The notes under the pieces are model-generated. The model was not told the DNA's origin. It ran no database searches and was given only the letters and a program-made list of their open reading frames with translations. The position numbers and the translations under genes are program-made. From assembly GCA_963845565.1 (NCBI GenBank), contig CAWJSJ010000002.1, forward strand, positions 224,001-288,000: a DNA stretch of 64,000 bases. The letters run 5' to 3'. Shown piece by piece: positions 21,593 to 30,669 of the stretch (the stretch's first letter is position 1; every line of letters starts with the position of its first letter). This stretch comes from an uncultured Methylomirabilota bacterium. Lineage in GTDB: Bacteria; Methylomirabilota; Methylomirabilia; Methylomirabilales; 2-02-FULL-66-22.

Positions 21593-22273
21593 ATGACCAT
21601 AAGAACACCAGCAGAATCCGTTCCTGTCAGGGAACGTGCCTACGAGCACCTGAAGGCGTCCATCCTCTCCGGTCGCTTCAACCCCGGGGAGCGGCTGGCC
21701 GAGGAGCACCTCGCCAAAGAGTTGGGGATCAGCCGGACCCCGATTCGCGAGGCGCTTCACAAGTTGGAGTCGGAAGGCCTGATCAAGCCGCTGGCATCGA
21801 GAGGGTTTGTCGCCTCCCAGGACTCGAAGGACGATATTGAGGAACTGTTCGAGATCCGAGCCGTCCTGGAAGGCTATGCCCTGCGGCTCATCTGCGGGCG
21901 CATCACCGAGACGGTGCTCGCGCAGCTCGAGGAAACGGTCGAGAAGGCGGAAGAGGCGCTGAGACGTCATGGCCTGGACGAGATCTTTCAGTGGAACACC
22001 CGATTCCACGACACGCTGCACGATCTGATCACCGACAAGCGCCGCCTCTATCACCAGATGGTCACCATGCGGCAGTACGTGCTGCGGTACCGCAAGAACA
22101 CCCTGCAGTATCCGGACGGCGGCGCGCGGACGGTGGACGGCCACCGGAAGATTTTGCTGGCATTGCGGCTCCGGGATCCCGATCTGTGCGAGCGAGTGAT
22201 GCGTGAACACATCCAGCAGTCGAAGACGGACGCCCTGCAGTTCTTATTCACGAAAGACAAGGAGGTGATCTGA
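21593..22273 (+). CDS. GntR family transcriptional regulator (FCD domain)
   Basis: PGERL.E..LA..LGISRTPIREAL HTH; FH and EH motifs of FCD. Confidence 0.93.
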   Translation: MTIRTPAESVPVRERAYEHLKASILSGRFNPGERLAEEHLAKELGISRTPIREALHKLESEGLIKPLASRGFVASQDSKDDIEELFEIRAVLEGYALRLICGRITETVLAQLEETVEKAEEALRRHGLDEIFQWNTRFHDTLHDLITDKRRLYHQMVTMRQYVLRYRKNTLQYPDGGARTVDGHRKILLALRLRDPDLCERVMREHIQQSKTDALQFLFTKDKEVI

Positions 22274-22275
22274 CC

Positions 22276-22590
22276 ATGGCAAAGCACATCGAGGTGTGCG
22301 TGGACAAGTGCACCGGCTGCAAGCTGTGCGAACTTGCCTGCTCCGCCGTGAAGACGGGGCAGTTCAACCCGAGAGCATCCAGGATCAAGGTGGTGCTCGT
22401 GGATATCCCGGAAATCCCGGTCCCCATCCTGACCGAAGGCTGCGACTACTGCTTCGGGAATCCGGCGTGCGTCAGCGTCTGCCTGCCCCAGGCCATCGTC
22501 TGGAAAGAGATGGACGCCAAGCCCCCCCGGCCCAAGGTGTCGGAGGCGAAGGCCATCGCCCACGCCTGGCTTGAAACCGTCAGCCGCTGA
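22276..22590 (+). CDS. 4Fe-4S ferredoxin-like subunit
   Basis: CTGCKLCELAC and CDYC...PACVSVC. Confidence 0.85.
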   Translation: MAKHIEVCVDKCTGCKLCELACSAVKTGQFNPRASRIKVVLVDIPEIPVPILTEGCDYCFGNPACVSVCLPQAIVWKEMDAKPPRPKVSEAKAIAHAWLETVSR

Positions 22591-22693
22591 GCCGTTGTCA
22601 AAGAATAAGTTGAGCGGAGACATTCCGAAACGGCATAAGGAGCCGTAACGAAATAGAAAGAGATGTATAGGTTATTTCGTAACGGCTCCTAAG
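22589..22693 (+). repeat. Mini-repeat family 2, copy b (two tandem inverted-repeat units)
   Basis: GCCGTTGTC...CGAAACGGC-ATAA-GGAGCCGTAACGAAATA...TATTTCGTAACGGCTCC. Confidence 0.9.
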
Positions 22694-22701
22694 GGACGAG
22701 C

Positions 22702-22995
22702 GTGGCGACGATCAAGGTGAAAGGCTTTTCGGTGATCCGGGACGTCTTCGGCGCGACCGAGGTCGCGCTCGAGGTGGGCCATCCCGAGACCGTGAAGGCG
22801 GCGCTGAACGCGCTGCTGCAGACCTACGGGGAGCCCCTCAAAAAAGTGCTGGTGGACCCGGACACCGGGGAGATGACCCCCTTTCTGCTCGTCCTGAACG
22901 GGGAGGCGATTTCGTCGACCCTCGATACAGACAGGCCCGTAAAGACCGGAGATGAGATGACCCTCATCTTCCCGATCGGAGGAGGTTCATCGTGA
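22702..22995 (+). CDS. moaD: MoaD/ThiS family sulfur-carrier protein
   Basis: LVLNGE, GDEMTLIFPIGGG ubiquitin-like C-terminus (plus SS), adjacent to AOR. Confidence 0.8.
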   Translation: MATIKVKGFSVIRDVFGATEVALEVGHPETVKAALNALLQTYGEPLKKVLVDPDTGEMTPFLLVLNGEAISSTLDTDRPVKTGDEMTLIFPIGGGSS

Positions 22996-24857
22996 CGAAC
23001 GGATTCAAGTACGGCGGATACAAGGGCCAGACTGCTCCGCGTGAACCTGACCAAGAAAGAGATCACCACAGAGCCTCTGCGCGAGGACTGGGTGCGGGAC
23101 TTCGTTGGCGGCGTAGGCTACTCCGCGCGCCTCCTCTACGAAGAGATCCCCGCCAAGATCGACCCCCTCGGGCCGCAGAACAAGCTGTTCTTCATGACCG
23201 GGCCGGTCAACGGGACCATGATCCCGGCGGCGTCCCGCTCCACGGCCTGCGCCAAGTCGCCGCTGACGGGCTCCTTCTTCCACAGCATCTTCGGCGGGTA
23301 CTGGGGGCCCGAGTTGAAATTCGCCGGCTATGACGGACTGATCGTCGAGGGCAAGGCCGACAAGCCGGTGTACCTCTGGATCGACGACGGCAAGGTCGAG
23401 ATCCGCGACGCCTCCCACCTCTGGGGGAAGGACCCCTTCAAGGCGCAGGAGATCATTCGCCAGGAGATCGGCGACGACGAGATCCACATCGCCACGATCG
23501 GCGAGGCCGGCGAGAACCTGGTACTCCTACGCCATGATCCTGCTCGACATCCGGGCCGCGGGGCGCGGCGGCATGGGCGCGGTGATGGGGTCGAAGAACC
23601 TGAAGGCCATCGCGGTGCGGGGCACGGGCAGCGTCAACGTCCCCAACATGCTCCGGGTCTACAACACCACGCAGCGCCTCAACGAGCTGGTCGCCACCAA
23701 CCCGGCGGTCAAGGGTCTCTCCGAGTACGGCACGCCCCGCAACGTGCTCAGCATGAACGCCGGCGGCATCCTGCCCACCCGCAACTGGCAGACCGAGGTC
23801 TTCGCCGGGTCAGAGGGGATCAGCGGCGAGACCATGAAGGAGAAGGTCGTCAAGGGGCATCGCGCCTGCTTCGCCTGCTCCATCAACTGCACCAAGTACA
23901 GCGTCGTCCCCTCCGGCCGCTACAAGTCGATCATCAACGGCCCGGACTACGAGACGGTCTACGGCTTCGGCAGCATCTGCGGGGTGGACGACATCGAGGC
24001 CCTCTGCAAGGCCGACGAGGTCTGCGACGAGTACGGGATCGATCTGATCCAGCGCCTCCATGAGCGTGGCCTGGGCCATGGAGTGCTACGAGAAGGGGAT
24101 CTTCACCAAGGAGGACACGGGCGGCCTCGACCTCAGCTGGGGGAACGCCGACGCCATGATCGCAGCTGACCGAGATGATCGGCAAGCGGGAGGGCCTCGG
24201 CGCGCTGCTGGCCAAGGGCACCCGGGAGGCCGCCAAGATCGTCGGCAAGGGTTCGCGAGCGCTTTGTCATCTCCAACAAGGGGGTGGACTGGCCGGGCCA
24301 CACCTGCCGGCCGTTCCCCGGCACGGCCGTCGGCTATGCCACCGGGCCGCGGGGTGGGAGCCACCACGACATCCGGCCCACACTGGAGAAGAGCGGGGCT
24401 GGTGGACCGCAAGGTGCTCGAAGGCAAGGGAGCGATGGCGTCCGAGGTCAACCACTGGCTGATCCTGGCCGACTCGGCGGTCGTCTGCCACCTGGCCGAG
24501 CCCATCTGGGGCCCCGCGAAGGTCAGCGAAAATCTCATCGAGGCGCTGAACGCCGTCACGGGGTGGAACCTCGACTACGACCAGGCCCGGAAGATCGCCG
24601 AACGTCAGTGGAACATGATTCGCTGCTTCGCGGCCCGCGAAGGCTTCACGCGCGACGACGATACGCTGCCGATTCGGTTCATGGAGGAGCCGGTCCCGGA
24701 AGGACCGATGAAGGGGACGCTGATCTCCAAGGAGACGCTGGAGGGGCTGAAGGATCAGTACTTCGACTACCGCGGCTGGGACAAGAAGACGGGAAACCCG
24801 ACCAAGGAGAAACTCACCGAGCTCGGGCTGGAGTTCGCCATCAAGGACGTCTGCTGA
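22992..24857 (+). CDS. aor: Second aldehyde:ferredoxin oxidoreductase (about six frameshifts)
   Basis: YGGYKG..LRVNL, AKSPLTG, LKFAGYD, GRGGMGAVMGSKNLKA, CFACSINC, DYET, DDTLP across frames. Confidence 0.88.
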
Positions 24858-24893
24858 GGCGCGCCGACACGGCGTGTGTGCCCCAGGAAAAGG

Positions 24894-24927
24894 GCGAGGG
24901 GCGGGTGATCACACACCCGCCCCTCGC
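24894..24927. terminator. Bidirectional intrinsic terminator
   Basis: 14-bp stem GCGAGGGGCGGGTG/CACCCGCCCCTCGC between convergent genes, short T-runs on both strands. Confidence 0.7.
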
Positions 24928-24962
24928 ATTTGCTGCCGACGCCTGGGCCTGAACTCTCGGAC

Positions 24963-25772
24963 CTACCGCCCCTTCCACTGCGGCGTGCGCTTCTCCAAGA
25001 ACGCCGACACGCCTTCCCTGAAATCTTCGCTCAGGTAGCACATCAGGTACAGGTCGGCCGGCTCGTCGATGCGCCCATGCATCAGCAGGCGCCGCACGCT
25101 CTCCTTGACGGAGCGCAGCGTGAGCGGGGCGTGGCCGGCAATGAGCTGCGCGAGTTCTTCCGTGCGCGACTCGAGCGCCTCCGCCCCGACCGCCTCGCTG
25201 AATAGGCCGATCGCTTTCCCCTCCGCGGCGTCGATGAAACGCGCGGTGAAGAGGAGCTCCGTGGTTCGGGCCGGCCCGATCAGCGCGACCAGTCGCGACA
25301 GGTTCTGTGCCGACAGCGTGTTTCCCAGCGTGCGGGCGATCGGCACGCCGAACTTCGCGTCGTGAGCGGCGATGCGAAGATCGCAGGCGACGGCGATGGC
25401 CGCTCCGCCGCCCACGCAGTACCCGCGAATCATCGCGATGGTCGGTTTTTGGACGGCCTCCAGCCGGCTCACGTATCGGTTGACGCTGCGCTCGTAGTGC
25501 AGCGCATCCTCGGCGGTCTTGAACGCCTGGAACTGCGAGATGTCGGTACCCGCCACGAAGGCGCGATCGCCCGCGCCGCGGAGTACGAAGGCGCGCACCG
25601 CCTCGTCGGCGTCCACGTGTTCGCACGCGGCGTGCAACCCGTCGTACATCGCCCACGTCATGGCATTGCGCGCCTGAGGCCGGTTGAACGTCAGCCAGGC
25701 GACGGGCCCGGTCTCGAAGAGCAGGTCGTCCGTGCCCAGATCGATACTCCTCCGCGCGCCGGGACTCGCCAT
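24963..25772 (-). CDS. Enoyl-CoA hydratase/isomerase family protein
   Basis: NRPQARNA, AFVAGTDI, GYCVGGG, DFREGVSAFLEKR. Confidence 0.92.
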   Translation of the reverse strand: MASPGARRSIDLGTDDLLFETGPVAWLTFNRPQARNAMTWAMYDGLHAACEHVDADEAVRAFVLRGAGDRAFVAGTDISQFQAFKTAEDALHYERSVNRYVSRLEAVQKPTIAMIRGYCVGGGAAIAVACDLRIAAHDAKFGVPIARTLGNTLSAQNLSRLVALIGPARTTELLFTARFIDAAEGKAIGLFSEAVGAEALESRTEELAQLIAGHAPLTLRSVKESVRRLLMHGRIDEPADLYLMCYLSEDFREGVSAFLEKRTPQWKGR

Positions 25773-25823
25773 GCGTGATCCTTCTCGTCGGGAATGCAGG
25801 CTGCCGAAAAACCGCTTCTCGGC

Positions 25824-25989
25824 CAGGCCGCTCAAAAAGGTCCAGATGCCAGGCGGCGTCACCCATCCTCTGGATGGGTACCCGGGGCTGAGTGAGGCGT
25901 ACTTCAGGTACGCCGCAGCGAGTGCCCGAGCGGGCGGGGTACCCGTCCGCAAGATGGGTCCCCGCAGATGGGCCGTTTTCAGCGGCCTG
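25824..25989 (-). repeat. Palindromic repeat family 1, copy B (long form)
   Basis: Same termini and core as copy A in reverse orientation, with two extra internal hairpins. Confidence 0.9.
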
Positions 25990-27006
25990 TTAGAACTCCA
26001 CCACCGCCTTGACCACCCCTCGATCCGGGTTCAGCCAGCCCGGGAACTCGGCCAGCATCTTGTCGGCGGGAGCGCGATGGGTGATCCACGGCGCCAAGTC
26101 GATCCGGCCATCCTCCACCATCTGCATGGCCCAGGTGAAATCCGCGGACGTCGCATTCCGGCTGCGGATCAGCGTCAGCTCGCGCCGGTGGAGCTCCGAA
26201 TCGGTAAAGGTGATATCCGCCTGGACCAAGGACACGTACACCAGTTTGCCGCCGTTGGCTACGTACTGGACCGCCTGCATCATGGATTGGGGGCTGCCGG
26301 TGGCGTCGAAGACGGTCGTCGGCAGGTCGCCGCCAAGCATTGCTTCCAGTTGCTTTCCGGTCTCCCCGCGTCCGTCCAAGCACCGCTCGACGTCCAGGTG
26401 GGCACGGCAGAATTCCCGCCGCCAATCGCTGATCTCCAGGACGCTGACCCGCGCCCCGGCCAGCTGCGCAAACGTCGTGGTGGCGAGCCCGATGGGGCCG
26501 GCGCCGATGACCAAGGCGTTCTCCCCCGGCTCCAGCTGCGCGCGCCGGACGGCGTGCGCCCCGATCGTGAGCATCTCCACCAAGGCCAGCTGGTCCGGCG
26601 AAAGCGTGCGCGACCGGTGCAGCTTGCCGACGGGCACAGCGATGAACTCGCACATGCCCCCGTCGGTATGGACGCCCAACACCTGCAACGAGACGCAGCA
26701 GTTGGTCTTCCCGCGGCGGCAGGCAATGCACCGCCCGCAGTGCAGGTACGGCTCGACCGCGCAGTGGTCGCCGACGGCCAGGCCCTTCTCGTTCGGTCCG
26801 ACGGCCACGATCTCGACCCCCAGTTCGTGTCCCACGACCCGCGGATACGTGAAGAAGGGCTGGTTCCCCTTGAAGGCATGGAGGTCGCTGCCGCAGACCC
26901 CCACCCGATGGATGCGGACCAGCGCCTGGCCGGGCGCTGGGTCGTCCGGACGGGGTCGTTCCGTCAACAGGAAGCTTCCCGGCTTTTCCAGCACGATCGT
27001 CTTCAT
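25990..27006 (-). CDS. Zinc-binding dehydrogenase, L-galactonate-5-dehydrogenase/YjjN-like
   Basis: GVCGSD, GHE, CGRCIAC...NCC, GAGPIG, SRNAT. Confidence 0.9.
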   Translation of the reverse strand: MKTIVLEKPGSFLLTERPRPDDPAPGQALVRIHRVGVCGSDLHAFKGNQPFFTYPRVVGHELGVEIVAVGPNEKGLAVGDHCAVEPYLHCGRCIACRRGKTNCCVSLQVLGVHTDGGMCEFIAVPVGKLHRSRTLSPDQLALVEMLTIGAHAVRRAQLEPGENALVIGAGPIGLATTTFAQLAGARVSVLEISDWRREFCRAHLDVERCLDGRGETGKQLEAMLGGDLPTTVFDATGSPQSMMQAVQYVANGGKLVYVSLVQADITFTDSELHRRELTLIRSRNATSADFTWAMQMVEDGRIDLAPWITHRAPADKMLAEFPGWLNPDRGVVKAVVEF

Positions 27007-27120
27007 GGCTATCTCCGTGCTCCGGGGGGCGCACAGACTCCCGCAAAGCGCCCCTGCTGCAGATCTCGCAGGGGCGGTGCCCCGGAACGATCTGCGAATT
27101 CTGTGGATTCCCTTCGGATC

Positions 27121-27432
27121 TCAGCGCGCGGAGAGGCGCTCGCGCTCGCGCTGGAGGGCCTCTTTTCCGGCTTGGACCGCTGCTGAAAGAATCGACCGCT
27201 TCTCCTCGATGGTCTCCTTGCTGCGCTCGAGGGCATCCTCGGTCTTATCCCGAAGCTCCTCGGTGAGGTCAATGGTTTTATCGCGCAGGTCGGCTGCCAG
27301 ATCGCGCAACCGCTCGCGCGTTCGGCGGCCGGATTCCGGCGCGAACAGAAGGGCCAGACCGGCGCCGAGAACGCCGCCCACAATGAACCCCAAAGCAACT
27401 GCCGACCCCGAACAGCCACGTTCCTCGCTCAT
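27121..27432 (-). CDS. YtxH domain protein
   Basis: FIVGGVLGAGLALLFAPESGRRTR. Confidence 0.88.
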   Translation of the reverse strand: MSEERGCSGSAVALGFIVGGVLGAGLALLFAPESGRRTRERLRDLAADLRDKTIDLTEELRDKTEDALERSKETIEEKRSILSAAVQAGKEALQRERERLSAR

Positions 27433-27830
27433 GACGCCTCCCTCCTTGCTCGATACAGCTTCCACAGGGTCTTCGTCCCGGCCCGCACGCCGGCCAGCAA
27501 GCTGAAAGCCGGGACGAGTCGCGACCCCATCAGCCCCCGGATCGTCCCGGTGGCGGCACACACCCCCTCGCCGACACGCTCGAGCCTGAGCACGGCCCCC
27601 CGCACCCGCTCCGTGGTGTCCGCCGCCCCTTGCGCCGCACGCTGCAGAGTTCGGATCGCTTCCCGCGCCTCCTGCACCGTCGGTTTCAGTTCCAGCTCGA
27701 GAGACCGCACGAACTCCTGCAATCGCCAGGAGGCGCGGCGGATTTCCAGGGCCACGGCGACCAGCACGATGGTCCACACGACGCTCATCGCAGCGAGCGT
27801 GACCAGCGAACCCACGGCAAGCCCGTTCAT
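27429..27830 (-). CDS. DUF948/YoxC-like membrane coiled-coil protein
   Basis: N-terminal TM plus amphipathic helix, ATGA overlap with ytxH-like gene (a common pair). Confidence 0.7.
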   Translation of the reverse strand: MNGLAVGSLVTLAAMSVVWTIVLVAVALEIRRASWRLQEFVRSLELELKPTVQEAREAIRTLQRAAQGAADTTERVRGAVLRLERVGEGVCAATGTIRGLMGSRLVPAFSLLAGVRAGTKTLWKLYRARREAS

Positions 27831-27902
27831 CTCAGACCACCCCTTTCTCCCCAGAGAATGTGATGGGCGGCCCGGCCGCGACGGAATGGCCGGGCGTGTT
27901 CT

Positions 27903-28538
27903 TCACTCCCGCTTCCGAAGTTCGCTCAACCGGTCGAACAATCGCATGACTTCGGCCAGCGGCCGCCCCCGCCGCAACCGTCGCTCGACGTCGGCTTCGT
28001 GCCGCTTCACCTCCAGTGCCCGAGACGTGACCTCGCGCACGCGCTGGGCGGCGAAGACCACCACACCGTCCTCGTCTCCGTGCACGATGTCGCCGGGTTG
28101 CACCGACGCGCCCCCGCAGATGATCGGGACCTGCGTCTCAAGAAGGCGCTCGGCCGTGCCGATCCGGGGTGTGGCGGCCCGGGCGAAGACGGGGATGCCG
28201 ACCGCCTCGAGCCCCACGAGGTCCCGCACCGCCCCGTCCACCACAAAACCGTGGACCCCCTTGCGGCGCGCCTCGATGGCCATGAGCTTTCCCAGCAGCG
28301 CCGCCTCCATCATACCGCTCCCGTCCACGACTAGGACTTCCCCCTCCCGCGCCTCCGCCAGCGCGCGGAGCAGCGTGAGGTAGTCCCCCGGAAAGCAGCG
28401 AACGGTGCGGGCCACGCCGATCAGACGCGCGGTCGGCGTCATCGGTTTGATGGCGGACGCCATCGTCCCGAGCCGACCCAGGGCGTCCGACAGGACGGCG
28501 GTCGGAATGCGAGCGATGCGGCTTAACGGATCACGCAC
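27903..28538 (-). CDS. RraA family / 4-hydroxy-4-methyl-2-oxoglutarate aldolase-like protein
   Basis: TAVLSDAL, VVDGAVRD, PGDIVHGDEDGVV. Confidence 0.88.
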   Translation of the reverse strand: MRDPLSRIARIPTAVLSDALGRLGTMASAIKPMTPTARLIGVARTVRCFPGDYLTLLRALAEAREGEVLVVDGSGMMEAALLGKLMAIEARRKGVHGFVVDGAVRDLVGLEAVGIPVFARAATPRIGTAERLLETQVPIICGGASVQPGDIVHGDEDGVVVFAAQRVREVTSRALEVKRHEADVERRLRRGRPLAEVMRLFDRLSELRKRE

Positions 28539-28569
28539 GAATGCACCGCCGAGGCCGCGCGCCGGCGCC

Positions 28570-29361
28570 TCATGGAAGGAGAGCAATCACGCGCACCGGA
28601 GCCGAGGCCGCCTCCAGTCGGAGGGGAGCGATGATCAACTTGGCACCCTTGACCGGCAGCCGGTCCAGGTTGGCCAAATTCTCGAGCCGCCAGACACCGG
28701 ATGGTACGACCAGCAATCCCGGGTCCCCCGGTGCCGCACCGCCGGGCAGGTAGGCGTCCAATCCCAGACCGCGGACCTGGCGTTCCTCGAGGAACACCAG
28801 AGCGGCCGCCGAAAACCCCGGCACCCGCGGAATACCCTGCGGGTCGTGGTTGGCGTACCGGACGGCATCCGACCAGCGCTGCGCCCACCCGGTTCGCAAC
28901 AGCACCGCGCTCTGTTTTGGGATGCGGCCGTTCCTCCGCTCCCACGCGCGCAGGTCCTCTGCGGTCGCCTGATAGTCCGCCACCTGGAGAACCTGCTGCG
29001 CGACATCCACGACCACAACCGGAACCAGAAGCTCCCGGAAGGGAATCTGCGCCACTGTGCGTTTGCCCTGTCGGGGCGCTCCCGGCGCATGCAGCCTGGT
29101 CTCGAAATTCCTCTCGGCGGCGGCGCGCCCGGTCTGGTCCTGTCGGTTCCCCTCGCCAGAGGCCTCCCGCTGTCGCTCGGGGCCACTCGAGCCGCTCTCT
29201 ACGGGGTGGGTCAGGTCCACGATCGCGGACTTCCCCAGCATCGCCCGCTCCAGCGCCCCCGCCTCCACCGGGCTGACAGGCAAGGGCAGTAGCGCAGCAG
29301 CCACGGCTAGGGCCCCTAACCGCGCACACCACCGTTGCGGTCCGCGGATCCGTCGCGCCAT
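28570..29361 (-). CDS. Exported cyclase (kynurenine formamidase-like) family protein with degenerate metal motif
   Basis: IVDLTHP, LLRTGW, PGFS, LENLANLDRLP, APVRVIA; signal peptide. Confidence 0.8.
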   Translation of the reverse strand: MARRIRGPQRWCARLGALAVAAALLPLPVSPVEAGALERAMLGKSAIVDLTHPVESGSSGPERQREASGEGNRQDQTGRAAAERNFETRLHAPGAPRQGKRTVAQIPFRELLVPVVVVDVAQQVLQVADYQATAEDLRAWERRNGRIPKQSAVLLRTGWAQRWSDAVRYANHDPQGIPRVPGFSAAALVFLEERQVRGLGLDAYLPGGAAPGDPGLLVVPSGVWRLENLANLDRLPVKGAKLIIAPLRLEAASAPVRVIALLP

Positions 29362-29445
29362 AAACAGAATGCCAGGACCGAGTCCTGACGCGCTCCTTTC
29401 TGGGAGTCTCCTGCCGGTTTTCGGACATCACGAAGGGTCAAAGGC

Positions 29446-29474
29446 ACCATAGCATAGGCCCAAATAGCTGTCAA
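29446..29474 (-). promoter_or_regulatory. Putative sigma70 promoter
   Basis: TTGACA-N17-TATGGT with TGn extension. Confidence 0.6.
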
Positions 29475-29673
29475 CGCAGAGCCGGAGCGCGCGCCGACGG
29501 AAAGACGTGCGGCGACTGTCTTCCAGCGGTCGGGCTCGCCGTGAGCCGCCTGAAGGTCGCCCGGGCCAAAGACTGTCAGTTCCGACCGGACGCTGTCGCC
29601 GCGCCCGCGGCGATTGACGTGACGCCGCATCTCGGTTACCCTGGAATTCGGGGTCCGGAAAGGAGGCCGCATC

Positions 29674-29823
29674 ATGACACCAGAGGAAACCCAGGGGACC
29701 GACAAGCGCTTTTGCCCCTACTGCTTCATGCAGCAATTCGAGGTCACGGAGACGTCGGTGGGCAGCGTCTATTGCGAGGTGTGCGGCCTCGACGTCGCGA
29801 TCAAGGATCTGGTGGGTCTGTGA
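29674..29823 (+). CDS. 49-aa zinc-ribbon protein (not in ORF track)
   Basis: AGGAGG RBS; MTPEETQGTDKRFCPYCFMQQFEVTETSVGSVYCEVCGLDVAIKDLVGL; GTGA overlap with next gene. Confidence 0.75.
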   Translation: MTPEETQGTDKRFCPYCFMQQFEVTETSVGSVYCEVCGLDVAIKDLVGL

Positions 29824-30518
29824 GCCGTGTGCGCTCGGCAGGGCAACTGCTCCTGGCGTGTCTCGTCTGCCTGCTGCCGGCGTCGGCCTTCGCCGACAGC
29901 CTGCCCGAAATGGGCTGGCTCGGCATCTCGATCGCCGAGGTGGGCGAGGAGTTGGCGGACCGGCTGGCGTCGGCCTTTGGGCCGGCGACAGGCAACGGCG
30001 TGCAGGTCGTCGAGGTCCTCAAGGGCGGCCCGGCCGAGTCGGCCCGCCTCGCGCGAGGCGACGTCATCGTCCAGGTGGATACCCAGCCCATCTGGGATGT
30101 GCGGCAACTTCAGCGATTGATTCGATCCAGGCCCATCGGCGGCAGGCTGTCGCTGACCGTCTTGCGAGACGCCGCCCGCCTCACGCTGCCCGTCGTGGTC
30201 GGCCCCATGCCGCTCCCGGCGCGGGCTCAGCTCGCCGGCGAACGGTTCGGATTTTCGGTTCGCGAGCTCAGCGACGAAACCGTCGGGCAGCCGCCCGCCG
30301 CCGCGAGGATCGTGATCGCCTTCGTGGAGACGGATTCGCCTGCCGCGCGGGCCGGCCTCCGGCCGCTGGACGCCATCCTCACGCTCAACGACCAGCCGGT
30401 GCGCGACCTGGAAGGGTTCGCGCAGGCTCTCGCACGCTCGCAGCGCGCCGTCAGGCTGCTGCTGGAGCGGCGCGGCGCACCCGCACCCATCGCCGCCACC
30501 GTGGAACTCCCCGGATAG
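29820..30518 (+). CDS. Exported tandem-PDZ protein without protease domain
   Basis: Signal peptide, GWLGI, GPA...L.RGDVI, SPAARAGLRPLDAIL. Confidence 0.8.
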   Translation: MSRVRSAGQLLLACLVCLLPASAFADSLPEMGWLGISIAEVGEELADRLASAFGPATGNGVQVVEVLKGGPAESARLARGDVIVQVDTQPIWDVRQLQRLIRSRPIGGRLSLTVLRDAARLTLPVVVGPMPLPARAQLAGERFGFSVRELSDETVGQPPAAARIVIAFVETDSPAARAGLRPLDAILTLNDQPVRDLEGFAQALARSQRAVRLLLERRGAPAPIAATVELPG

Positions 30519-30669
30519 GCGGCCCGCCCGCGCCCTCGGCGTGTTCTGCATCGGCTGAATCTATTTGTCTCATCGGCTATACTGTGATATCCGTGACACG
30601 AAAAGAGACTTTCCGGCACACCGAGTGCCGGCGAGAAGACCCTGTGCGAGGACACGAATGGAGATCCCC

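Noticed and set aside
25773..25952. N-terminal extensions of ORFs running through repeat elements (also 31812-31931 and 45284-45349)
   Set aside because: Better starts with RBS lie downstream; the extensions are translations of repeat or intergenic sequence.
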